64,000 nt of DNA from Mobula hypostoma (taxonomy: Eukaryota). Both the position numbers and the translations under genes were made by a program. The stretch lies in the NCBI RefSeq assembly GCF_963921235.1, contig NC_086097.1, forward strand, positions 37,946,001-38,010,000. Direction: 5' to 3'. Of this stretch, positions 25,655-37,229 are shown piece after piece (the first letter of the stretch is position 1; the number at the start of each line of letters is the position of its first letter). The notes below the pieces were generated by a model that was given only the letters and a program-made list of their open reading frames with translations, made no database searches and had not been told where the DNA came from.

Positions 25655-27245
25655 TTCTCAGATGATGCAAACGTTGGCTGTGGAGTCTATAGACAGTAGG
25701 AGGAAAACAATTAAGAGCTGGTCTGGTGGGCAGACAAATGGCAAATAGAATTGAATATGGAGAAGTACGATAAGTTGTTTGGAGAGGGTAACCTTAGCAA
25801 AGGAATAGACAATAAACAGTGTGATATTGGGATGTATTTGGAATATCTGGAATTGATTGCTTGTTTGTGGATACCAGAAAATAGGGCCAGTAGAGAACAC
25901 GGCTGAGTAGGCATACAGGCTAGGCATTAAATGTAAGAATGATTAAAATACTATCGAAGCACAGCTAGAGTATGGCATACAGTTCTGGTCACCACTTTGT
26001 CTAGACAAGGGTTGTTTTCTTTGGAACATGAGAGACTGAAGGGAGATGTTAATTGAACTATATAAATCTATGAAGCCTAGTTAGGGTGTTTATAAAGGAC
26101 CCATTTCCCCCTAGAGCTGATATCAACAACAAGAGACATTTATTTAATGTAATTAAGGGGCAAGGAAAATGTTTTCATTTGGTGGTGGGTGTCTGATATT
26201 CTGCCTGAAAGCTTAGTGAAGGCATCAGTTTTCCTTCAGATATGTTTCAAAGATATTCAAATAAGGCCACATTGTACCTGATGAGAGATGAGGTTATAAA
26301 CCTGTAAAGTGGGATGTGGGATTGGTTGGAGCAGCAAGTTTCTTTTGATCAGCAGGAATCTGACAGGCTTTTTGCAGGCCTCCTGGGTTGCAGGGTTCTA
26401 GGACTCTTCAAAATGGCTGACTCCATTAATGAATATTTATTAAGCAATATAAGGTAGACATGATGGAGGACTGAAGTCATTTTACAGAAATAAGTACCAA
26501 AGATACTTGACACAAATTTCATCGTACTCATATTTTGAAGAGCTTGTTCTTCAGTATATAATTGCGGTTTCCTGTTGCATTCTCCTGTTGGGTCTATATT
26601 CTTTAGAGTTTAAAAGAATGAGGTGTGACCTTATTCAAACATATAAGATCCCATATTGGCTTGACAGGTTAATATATTGAGATGTTTTGACTAGCAAGAG
26701 AAAAGCCATGAACAAGGTGACACAGTTGAAAAATAGGGGGCCAGTAAATTAAATCTGAGACGCGTAGGAATTTTATCTCTCAAAGGCAAGAGAACCTCTA
26801 GAATTTTCTGCCCCAGAGAGTAGTGAAGACCTGGACATTAAATATACTTAAGGTGAAAATGAGTTAAATATTTGAAAGATTGAGGAATAGTAATACAGGA
26901 AACAGGCACAGAAGTAGGATTAAGGCCAGCACAGATCAGCCTTGATTATTGAATAGCAACACACATAAAAGTTGCTGGTGAACACAGCAGGCCAGGCAGC
27001 ATCTCTAGGAAGAGGTACAGTTGACGTTTTGGGTGGGTCTCAGCCTGAAACATCGACTGTACCTCTTCCTAGAGATGCTGCCTGGCCTGCTGTGTTCACC
27101 AGCAACTTTTATGTGTGTTGCTTGAAATTCCAGCATCTGCAGATTTCCTTGTGTTTGCGTTGATTACTGAATGATGGGGCAGTGTAAGCCACAGTAGAGG
27201 GGCGTGATGGCCTACTTTGCTCCTATTTTCTGGTGTTCTTGTGTT
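25655..27245 (+). mobile_element. Degenerate CR1 fragments (about 25655-26400 and 26585-27245)
   Basis: DDANVG, WQIELN, FWSP, LGLYSLEFKRMRCDLIQTYKI remnants and CR1 3' UTR. Confidence 0.7.
26955..27159. mobile_element. Fold-back non-autonomous Penelope derivative (two inverted terminal segments, no ORF)
   Basis: About 75-bp inverted arms plus about 37-nt tail; TSD ttgattattgaat (26942-26954) / ttgattactgaat (27160-27172). Confidence 0.9.
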
Positions 27246-29501
27246 GGTAGTACTTCATTTCTGTATGTGCTTTCTCTGTTTTAAAATACTGAGCCATTTA
27301 AAATGTGTGAGTGTGTTCCTTTAATTTTCCTATTGGAAAGAACATCTGGCAAAGAGTCACTTTGTTTTGACATAGTTAAATACTGATTTGTTACCTTTTA
27401 CAATGGAGCATGTTTGGATTATGCATTAGTTATGTTTTTGTTAAGCTAAAATGGAATTCCTAGGAGCTTTATTCAAATTGGGAACATTTGTTTCATGACT
27501 TGCGTTATCTGACCAAAATAGACAATTAGTATTCATCTGTTTGCCTGCCACCATATTTGTGACTAAATAGTTTGATTGTGGCACTGAAATAATACAGAGT
27601 TTGAACGTTGCAAGTTCCATTTTTGCATTCGTTGTTCTGTTAAACCAGAAATAATCTCTATGAATATTTTATTGTTGATTAATAGTATTAAATAAAGGTA
27701 ATTGCTATAATAATTTAACTATTTTGTCATACTTTTGTTTCAACCAGTAAATGCATTTCGTCTAAAAGCATTTATCATCATTATTTAACTAAAACAAATT
27801 AGGAATTGAACGGCTTTCAAATTATGTCATGCAGTAATAAAAATGATGAAACATTCTGCTGGGTGGTACTTTAGCAGAAGTATTAAAATATAAACTGTTC
27901 AAAATATTACGAATGATTTCATGAAAATGGCAGGTGGGAAGTTATTTCAATGAAAGTCTTAATAGTTTCTACCATGCCATAAATCTAAGACCTGTTATGA
28001 ATTCTTCAAGTCTCATGCATTTTGTTTTTTAAGCAACTGAAGAACTTACTGGTGTGTATACTTGCCACAATTTTGAGTAGAGTGATCAAGTTAGATAATT
28101 TTTTTTGTGAAGACAGGGCCTTGTATTCTAAACACTTCTGCGACTATACTTCATAAATGTGCTTGGAACAAGTGTTGGTCTCTTCTGAATACATAATACA
28201 TAGTTAGTATGCTCAGATTTTCTTAAAAATCAACATAATTCTAAACTTTTACTGGGTGTCATTCGAGTAAAGATAAAATGTTTGTTACTCAACTGATACT
28301 TGAGTGTTATTTTGTTTAGTTCAGGAAACATTTGCATCTGAATCAGTAAGTTATAAATTTGAGTCCAGATTTAAATCTGGACCAATGTGCAGTTGTAAGA
28401 GATTGCTGCATTGGCAGAAGTGATATTTTTTTTGGCTGAAACATTGGCTGAGGTTCTGAATTCTCTTTCAGAAGAATGTACTAAATATTATGAAACTATT
28501 CAATGCAGAATATTAATTTCAGTCCTATAACCTGGTAGAGATTTCATGGTGAACTAGTTATCTAACCATCCTTGTTCCCTTTGTGCAAATTGGAAGCAGC
28601 ATTGAGAATATGAGAAGATGGGTACGTACAGAAAATTTAATTAGTTGTGAAGCATTTGTGACAACCTGAAGTCAAACTTGAAGTGCTATATAATGCATAT
28701 TTTTCTTTTTGCAATGAAATCAGTTGTAATATTCCACTGTGAGATGAGCTCAGCTCTGCCCAGAGGCTGTACTTGGCTCCAGAGAGTCGATGAACTTATT
28801 GTCATTGTAGTCCTGCTGAAGGGTCTTGGCCCGAAATGTTGACTGCACTCTTTTTCCATAGATGGTGCCTGGCCTGCTGAGTTTCTCCAGCAGTTTGTGT
28901 TACTTATCATTTCAAGATTAGGATAGAACAATGCGGTGTTATAATTTAAATAAAATTGTAGCCTGCTCTTCAGTACACCAATAAATATACATAAAGATTT
29001 ACAGAAAGGCAGAAAAATTGTTACCGCTTGGTGATTATCCATTTGCTTTTTAATGTACTTTTTCAGGAGACTAAGAAAAGAAAAACATCAGTCAAGAGCT
29101 TGAATGAGACAGAAATTGTCAGTCATTAAAAATTACTCTGAAAAATTGTTGTGCAGGAAAGAGATTTAAATTTGGAATCCCAAACATGAGGGAAACAAAT
29201 CCTCCTATAGAATCTTCAACTTTACCTGTGCAGTTATTATTTAGTTGCTACTCTATAATGATGAAAGAACTTAATATTCCTTAACACTTTTTCCCTGCCT
29301 GTCTATTTCAGCTTGTGACAAAGGCGACAGACATGAATCATTGACTTTTCTCTTTCCGCTGTTTGGTAACTGGCTGAGTATTTTCAGCATTCTCTGTTAT
29401 TTGTTAGTATTTCCATAGCCTGACAAATGAAGAATGGCTACATAAATATATGCCAGGTTGTACATCTTGTTTGGAAGTATAGGGAGATCACTTGTTACTT
29501 G

Positions 29502-29698
29502 CCAGCCAGTGGTATAGTGGCATCCGCACCAGATTTTGAGGTGAGGGGTCCTGGGTTTGAATCTGGCCGGCTCCTTGCATGTTTTCCATCAGTGCTGGGT
29601 TGACTGCCGAACTAGCAACTCAGCCTTGTCTAAAAAAAAACAGACAAATGCAAACGAAAGGTTGCTGCCCGATGCGCCATAAGGCGTGGAGAGAAATA
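29502..29698 (+). mobile_element. tRNA-derived SINE
   Basis: A-box-like TGGTATAGTGG, B-box-like GGTTTGAATCT; perfect 12-bp TSD acttgttacttg (29490-29501 / 29699-29710). Confidence 0.8.
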
Positions 29699-30100
29699 AC
29701 TTGTTACTTGGAAAGTGTGAGTGTAGGTGAGGTGGTGAGACAAGACTGTTCCTGTATATTCAATATTAAGAGTCGTCCCACACGTTAACAGGACCATTGG
29801 GGAGGAAAAAAAATCACTGGAGCTTATTTCTAGTAGAATGGAATTGAAAAATGTTTGTTATCTAATCTTTTATTGAACCTTGATTTGACCGCACTTTTAA
29901 TGCTGCTTAAATTTCTGGGTGCCATGTTCATAGACAGTCACCAATCTGGAAGGCATTTAGAAGAGACTTCTTTAACAAGAAGAGTGGAGAGAATGTAGAA
30001 CTTGCTTTCATAGGGTGTGGTTGAGTTGAATAGTATGGACACATTTAAGTGGAGCCTGAAGAAAAATCTGAAAGAATATAATGAAGAATGATTTTTTAAA

Positions 30101-30323
30101 ACGCAAACAACAGGAATTCTGCAGATGCTGGAAATCCAAGCAACACACATCAAAGTTGCTGGTGAAAGCAGCAGACCAGGCAGCATCTCTAGGAAGAGGT
30201 ACAGTCGACGTTTCGGGCCGAGAAGGGTCCTGACGAAGGGTCTCGGCCTGAAACGTTGACTGTACCTCTTCCTAGAGATGCTGCCTGGCCTGCTGTGTTC
30301 ACCAGCAACTTTGATGTGTGTTG
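30101..30323. mobile_element. Fold-back non-autonomous Penelope derivative with hammerhead motif in the loop
   Basis: Inverted arms around 30220-30240; flanking repeat taatgaagaatgat (30079-30092) / taatgaaggatgat (30324-30337); inserted in an old CR1. Confidence 0.88.
30226..30261 (+). ncRNA. Minimal type I hammerhead ribozyme motif
   Basis: gtc-CTGACGA-AGGgtctcggCCT-GAAAC-GTT-gac: intact core, stem II and short stem I. Confidence 0.7.
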
Positions 30324-32089
30324 TAATGAAGGATGATAATAGATTTAGATGCTGAAAGATAGGGACGGGCTTGTGTGGAGAATAAATGCTGATGTGGGGT
30401 GGTTGGGAAAAGTGTTCAGTCTTTTTACCATATGTCACAGCAGACCACACAAAACGCTATACTCTATTCCATAAATGCTTCCTGGCCTGCTGAGTTCCTC
30501 CAGCATTTTGTGTGTGTTGTTTGGATTTCCAGCATCTGCAGATTTTCTTTTGTTTGTTATTGGGTCACAGCAGATCAGATTACTTTGGTAAGCTCAGTTT
30601 GTGGAACAAGGATGATAAAGTTAGTATCTTTTTCTTTATTTCAGTTTTATATTCATGATTTAATAAATAGCTAAAAGTTAATTTTTTCCCCAATTTTTTA
30701 AAACATTTACAGCAAGCTTAATAGTTTCTATCACAGTGTCAAATTTATTGTATCTGTTTGACAGGGTCAAAGTTCCCTCTCTTGCTTTGCTTTCAATTAT
30801 TGCTGGTCGTTTCTGGTCTAGAGGGCAAGACCTTGAGATCTCATCACCCAAATCCTGGTTGTACAATTGGTGATTGTGCCCTATTGGGAAATACAAGAGG
30901 CAAGCAGGTACAGGCAGATCAAAGACAATGGTCCACGATGTTAGTCTGGAAATAGTGCGAGAATGGAAACTTGTGATGCGTCTCTGTCCATTGCTTCTCA
31001 TGTAGGCAGTAGGCTAATTCTGTGTTGCTTGTGAATAAACATTATTACAGAGACAGATGTTTTGTGGCTGCTAGTCTTGGCAGGGGCCCAGATGTGAGTA
31101 GACATCACTATTAAAGGCCAACTTGCTTCTAGTCGGCCTGCAGCTTGTAGGCTGGAGTGCATTTGATTGGATCAGATATAGATTTTAAAGATTATGTCCA
31201 GAGGTCCTGAACGCTTTTCCTTATTGATTTTAATGTGGGTCTTGTTCCTTGAACATCTTGGGTGATAAGGGGAATATGGCTTTCAACTGTGGCCCATTCT
31301 TTCCTCTTTATTCTCTCTGCTTTTATTTATTACAAGCATATCTTTAAGCTAGAAACTAGTTTGTGAGAAGCTTTTGAAGTCAGCAAAAAAGAACTTCAGC
31401 ACCTGCTGAACTTTAAAGAAGTTCAGAAAGGACCAAAGAGTTATACAAACATAGTAACAGTCAATATAAATCAATCAGCAACAAAGCTGAAAGTAGTCGT
31501 TGATCTCTTTAAACAACACTGGTGACAAGTCTTTCATCCTACTGAGTGAATATTTAATTATTGTTAAAAATGAGTGTTAGCTGGAATTCAGAGTGTATTA
31601 AATGGCATTATTATTAATGCAGCATTCTGACTGACTTTTTTTATCTATTTAGTCTTCATGTGTTCTGTGTGCCCAAATGCAAAATAATGCAGATACTGGA
31701 AATCTGAAATAAAAACTGAAAACACACTAGAAGTAGCTTCTGTGTGAGGAAAAAGACTCAGTGTTTTAAGTTGATGGCTCTTTCCCATTCTGGTGATAAG
31801 ACAGTAACCTGAAATGTTAATTTTGTCTCTCTCTGCTGGCCTACTGATGATTTCTGTTTTTAGCTGAATTTGCATCATCTTCATCAATGTAATGTGTTAA
31901 TGTTACATTGTGTTGCAAGTGTGTACATGGATATTACAAGTTATTTTGTAGCCAAAATAACAGGCATAGACCTGCAAAACTGTATAGATGATCTTTGTAT
32001 CCTCCCTGGCCACAGGAGTAGTACCGGAGATTTGGTGGATGGCAAGTGTTGTTCCATTATACAAGAAAGGTAATGGGACGGGATAATTC

Positions 32090-33570
32090 TGGGAATTATA
32101 ATCAATGAGTCTTGCGTCAGTGGTGGGCTAATTAATGGAGACATTTTATGGCTGGGATTTATGAGCATTTGGAGAAGCCAAGTCTTATGGATAGTCAGCA
32201 TGGCCTATTCCTCTTGAGCCTGACTGAGTTTTTGTAGAGATGACAAAGCAAATTAATGAAGGTAGACTGGTGGATGTGGTTTATATGGATTTTACTAAGG
32301 TATTTCACAAGCTTCTCCATAGTACACTCATCCAGAAGTTGTGAGGTATGGGATCCAGGGAAACTTGGCTGCATGGATTTGAAATTGGCTTGTCCATAGA
32401 AGGTGGAGGGGATTTGCAGATGAGCATATTCTGCCTGGAGGTCAGTGATGAGTGGTGTTCTGAAGGGATCTGTTCTGGGATTCCAACTCTTCGCGATTTT
32501 TATAATTGAGATGGATGAGAAAGTGGAAGGATGGGTCAGTAAGTATGCAAGTGACATGAAGGTTGGTGGTGTTGTATATAGTATGGAAGGTTGTTGTAGG
32601 TTACAAATGGATATTGGCAGGATGGAGAAATGGCAGATTAATTCAATTCAGACAAGCGTGAAGTGATACACTTTGGAAGGTCAAACCTGAAGCCAAAGTA
32701 CAAAGTTAATGACAGGATTCTTACCAGTGTGGAGGAACAAATGGATCTTGGAGTTTATCTCCATGGAATTCTCAAAGTTGTTACATAAGTTGATAGGGTG
32801 GTTAAGATGACCTTCATTAATTGGGAGATTGAGCTCAGGAGCTCTGTTGCAGCTCTATAAAACTCTGGCCGGATCACACAGGATTGTTACAGGAAGATTG
32901 TTACACCTTATTACAGGAAGAATGTGGAAGCATCAGAGAAGGTGCAGAAGATTTTCATCAGGGTGCTGACTGGATTGGAGAATATTTCTTATGGGGAAAG
33001 GTTGAGAAAGCCAGGGGTTTCCCTCTTTGGTGTTAAGGGTGAGAGGCAACTTGGTAGAGGCGTATAACATTATATGTACAACATAGATAGAGTAGACAGT
33101 TAGTGCCTTTTCCCCAGGGCGCAAATACCTGTACCAGAAGAAACCTTTTTAAGGTGAATGGACCGAAGTTTATAAAAGGTTTCAGCCCTGAAGAAGAGTC
33201 TCAGCTTGAAGCGTCGACTGTTTACTCTTTTCCATAGATGCTGCCTGATCTGCTGAAGTCCCCCAGCATTGTTTTGTGTGTTGCTTTGGATTTCCAGCAT
33301 CTATAGATTTTCTTGTGTTTGGGAAGTGTCAGGGTTAAGTTTTTTTTAGACAAAGTGATATGTGCCTGGAACACGCATCGAAGGGTAGTGGTAGAGGCTG
33401 ATACAATAGGGACATTTAAGAGACTCTTAACAGTGCACGTAGATGTAAGAAAACTGGAGCATTGTGGGCTGTGTAGGAGGAATGGATAGATTGATTGCAC
33501 AGTGGGTTACAAAGGTTGACTCAATGTTGTGGGCCGAAAGGTCTGTATTGTGCTGTACTGTTCTGTGTTC
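32090..33570 (+). mobile_element. Degenerate CR1 LINE with a Penelope terminal fragment at about 33185-33320
   Basis: SGVLKGSVLG, KYASDMKVGG, WQI remnants; CR1 3' end CTGTATTGTGCTGTACTGTTCT. Confidence 0.85.
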
Positions 33571-33766
33571 AAAGAGGATCAGAAGTTTGAACCTATGGTT
33601 TGGTACAATATCTTACTGTGAAGAATACACATTACTAAACAGTCTACAGAGGACTAAGATACATGGTAACAAGATTCATACCATAACTCTTGCATTTGGT
33701 GTACAGTGTAATTCTTGAAGCAGTTGAATGAATAGCTGAAGAGCTGGTACAGGAGAGAGGGCTTTG

Positions 33767-34504
33767 GATTGTGGACTTCAGGAAGGGTAATACGAGAACA
33801 TGAACCAATCCTCATAGAGGGATCAGAAGTGGAGAGAGTGAGCAGTTTCAAGTTCCTGGGTGTCAACAAGGTGTCTGAGTATCTAACCTGGTCCCAACAT
33901 ATCAATGCAGTTATAGGGAAGGCAAGATAGCAGCTATACTTCATTAGGAGTCTGAAGAGGTTCGGTTTGTCACCTAAAACACTTGAGAACTTCAACAGAT
34001 ATACTGTGGAGAGCATTCTGACAGGCTGCATCATTGTCTGGTATGGGGCGGGGCTACTGCACAGAATCGAAAGAAGCTACAGAAAGTTGTAAAATTAGTC
34101 GGCTCCATCTTCATTATCCAAGACATCTTCAAAGAGTGGTGCCTGAGAAAGGCAGTGTCCATTATTAAGGGCCCACACAGGGCATGCCCTCTTCTCATTG
34201 TTACTGTAGGAAGGAGGTACAGAGGCCTGAAGGCACACACTCAGCAATTCAGGAACAGCTTCTTCCTCTCTGCCATCCGATTCCTAAATGGATATTGAAC
34301 CCATGAACACTACCTCACTTTTTAAATGTATCATTTCTGTTTTTGCAGTATTTTTAATCTAATCAATATACATATACTTATTGGAATTGATTTAATTGGG
34401 TATTTATTTTTCTTTCTATATATTATCATGTATTGCACTGTACTGCTGCTGCTAAGTTAACAGATTTCACAACACATGCCAATGATAATAAATCTGATTC
34501 TGAT
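33767..34504 (+). mobile_element. Rex1/Babar-type LINE fragment inserted in a CR1 ORF1 (esterase-like) remnant
   Basis: IVDFRKG, VERVSSFKFLGV, VESILTGCI motifs; (GATTCT)n tail; flanks read as CR1 ORF1 QLNE.LKSW.RREGF...WDL. Confidence 0.8.
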
Positions 34505-35004
34505 ACCTGAATTATTGGTATCTCTTTCAGAGCAGGTGGGATCTGTCAAGAAGGATAGGTTACACCAGTATCCTTGCAGGGAGGTTTGATGGTACTACTC
34601 AGAAGGACTTAAACATGTTGGATGGCAGGATAGGGACCAGAGCACTAACTCAGCAGATGCAGTGATTAAGGTAAAGGTTAAGTCAGGTAAGCTGAAGAGC
34701 AAGAAGAGGCAAGTCAGGATCATGAACAAGGCAGGAATGGTGGTCTGTGTTTATTTTAACGCAGAGTATAATGGGTAAGGTAGATTAGTTTAGAACTTGG
34801 GTGCAATAATATTATAAGCTGTCACAGAAACGTGGTTGAGAGAAGGGCAGGACTGGAAGCTCAACATTCCAGAGTCCAAAGTGGCAGAGTTTCCTTCTTG
34901 CCATGTTACATATTTAACCGCTCTTTTGACCAGAAGAGGAATAGAGTAGAAGAACAAAATTGCAGATGATCACTGTTCATCTGTATACTTCAATCTGCAG
35001 ATCA

Positions 35005-35305
35005 TATAGCACCAGCAACTCAGGTTCAATTCCGTCACTGACTGTAGAGAGTTAGTATGTTCTACCTGTTACTTTGTTGGTTTCCTTAATGTGCTGCAGT
35101 TTCCTCCCACATTCCAAAGATGTACGGGTTAGGGTTAGTAAGTTGTGGGCTTGCTATGTTGGTGCTGGAAGCACGAAGACACTTGTAGGCTGCCCCCAGT
35201 ACAATCCTTGGACTGTGTTGGTCACTGACACAAATGATGTATTTCACTGTATGTTTCATTGGACGGTACATGTGAAGAATCTAATCTTCAGTCTTCATCT
35301 TCAGT
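35005..35305 (+). mobile_element. V-SINE-like element
   Basis: B-box GGTTCAATTCC and V-domain-like GTTTCCTCCCACATTCCAAAGATGT; related fragments near 49440-49570, 53455-53625 and 57880-58090. Confidence 0.7.
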
Positions 35306-35803
35306 CTGTCTAATTTTAGCATGGAGCTCTTAGTTGTTTTGTACAAATGAGGTGCTACTGTGTGGGATCCAAGAAAAAAGGGCAGATAGAATTCAAAATA
35401 AATTCTTTTGCAGAAAGTGAAAAGTTAATTATTTGATGGATGTTTAGCTGCTGGAAAAAATGCATGAGATTCTCCAGGATTTAGTATTGTGATATATTTC
35501 TGTGGTTTGCACTAGCATAACTCCTGTATCTAAGAAATTTGCAGATAATGCCTGGTTTGCCAGGGTGCAGCATCCTCTCACAATAATTGAAAACTACAGC
35601 GAACTGTCAGGTCAGCTGAAAAAGTCTTCAGCTGCTGTCTGCCTTGGCTACAGGACAATGAAGTGGGCAGGAAAAATCTGTAATGTGTTATAGGGCTATT
35701 AAAACAAAAAAAACACTTCATACCATTTTAAAAGTTTCTTCCCCCAGGCAGTTAATCTGATCAACCATTATAGTTAGCTATCCTCCCCCTATCTATTACC
35801 TGA

Positions 35804-36747
35804 GGCTACGTCCACACTAAGCTGGATAATTTTGAAAATGCCGCTTTCGAGTAAAAACGACAGGCGTACACATTAGGCGGATATTTGGGCGAATCTCCTA
35901 CTGGGCATGCACAGGACACACAGAAAACAAGCGAAGAGGAAACGATATACTTTGTGCGTGTTTGTCCAGTTAGAGTAGAAAAACTTAAAAGGAATTGCTC
36001 TTGGCTCTCGCACAGGAGGACCTAAAACTTCTTAAAAAAAAATACTGGAGCGTACGGAGGCAACCGACAGGGAGTTCACGGACAGTATAACCCAGCTGAC
36101 GACGAACATTGAAAAACTAACTCTGTTACATTAAAAAGCACCTTGTTAAATGTATAAAACGTCTGCATCAGTGTTATCTTGTATTTCCATACAATGTTAC
36201 ATTAGGCTGTTAGACATCTATTGTCAGAGAAGTACTCGCATAAATAGGTAAACCACCTTAATACAAGCAAGGACAGAAAACAGGGCAAAGTGAGTATACT
36301 TATTTATTCAGTAAGCTATGGGTCAACTGGCTTCAGTCTCGTCCGTCTGTTCTGAAATTGTTAGGTGGTGGCGTTCAAGAAAACAATGAACATCTGTTCC
36401 AGCACGTCATGACAGCATTTTTAAATAGTCAAAAAAACTGACTTTACAATTTAACTCTCACGCCGTTCACACCGACTGCGCGTTATAACAGCTTGCGCGG
36501 TACCAAGCAGAAGCAGAAAAAAGCATCGTTGTTGTGGTGTTGTCATGACAGCATTTTAAAATCTCTCCGGTTACCCCGTACACACTATGCCGGATATTAA
36601 GCGTTTTCAGATTTATTCACTCTGGATAGTGTTTTCGAAAATCTCCGTTTTCGGGGGCTGAAAACACCCTTTCAGAGTGGACGGGAGGGCAAAACAAAGA
36701 GAAAAAGCTTTGTTTTCAAAATTATCCGCCGTAGTGTGGACGTACCC
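35804..36747. mobile_element. Non-autonomous PIF/Harbinger-like transposon
   Basis: About 35-bp imperfect TIRs GGCTACGTCCACACTA..GGATAATTTTGAAAA / TTTTCAAAATTATCC..TAGTGTGGACGTACCC; flanks TGA/TCA; CpG-rich. Confidence 0.8.
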
Positions 36748-37229
36748 TCAGTCACTGCACTGTAAACACTTTAAACCACTTTTTATAATGCTATTCACAT
36801 TGTAAATGCATGATGTTATTTACACACCTTTTATTCCATATCCATTCTTTAACCTTTAACCTCTAAGTTTATTTTGTGTAACTTTTTACACTTATAATTG
36901 TTGCATGTTGTATCAACATACCACTGCAAATTCTGAGTACGTGAATGTGGTCAATAAAGTTGATCCTTCATGCCAAAATTTGCAGTGTATTTAACGTGCA
37001 GAATGTAAGTTATTTGCTGCAGGAAGGTATTGGAAGTGTGATCAAGTGGGTAACGCTAATTCAATCTAGAGAAGTTTGATATAAGCGTTTAGGAAGGCAA
37101 GCAGTACAAGGAAATACAGAATAACAGGTTGCTGCATTAGAGTAATGATGTGGAGGCATTGGCAAGATGTCGAAGTAGTTCACCAGTACGTTGCCTGGAT
37201 TGGAATGACAGTCAGAACAAAAGTGGATT

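Noticed and set aside
29502..29580. Possible tRNA gene
   Set aside because: No clean cloverleaf; continues into a body and tail bounded by a TSD, so it is a SINE
35127..35139. GGGTTAGGGTTAG telomere-like sequence
   Set aside because: Only about two units and inside a V-SINE body
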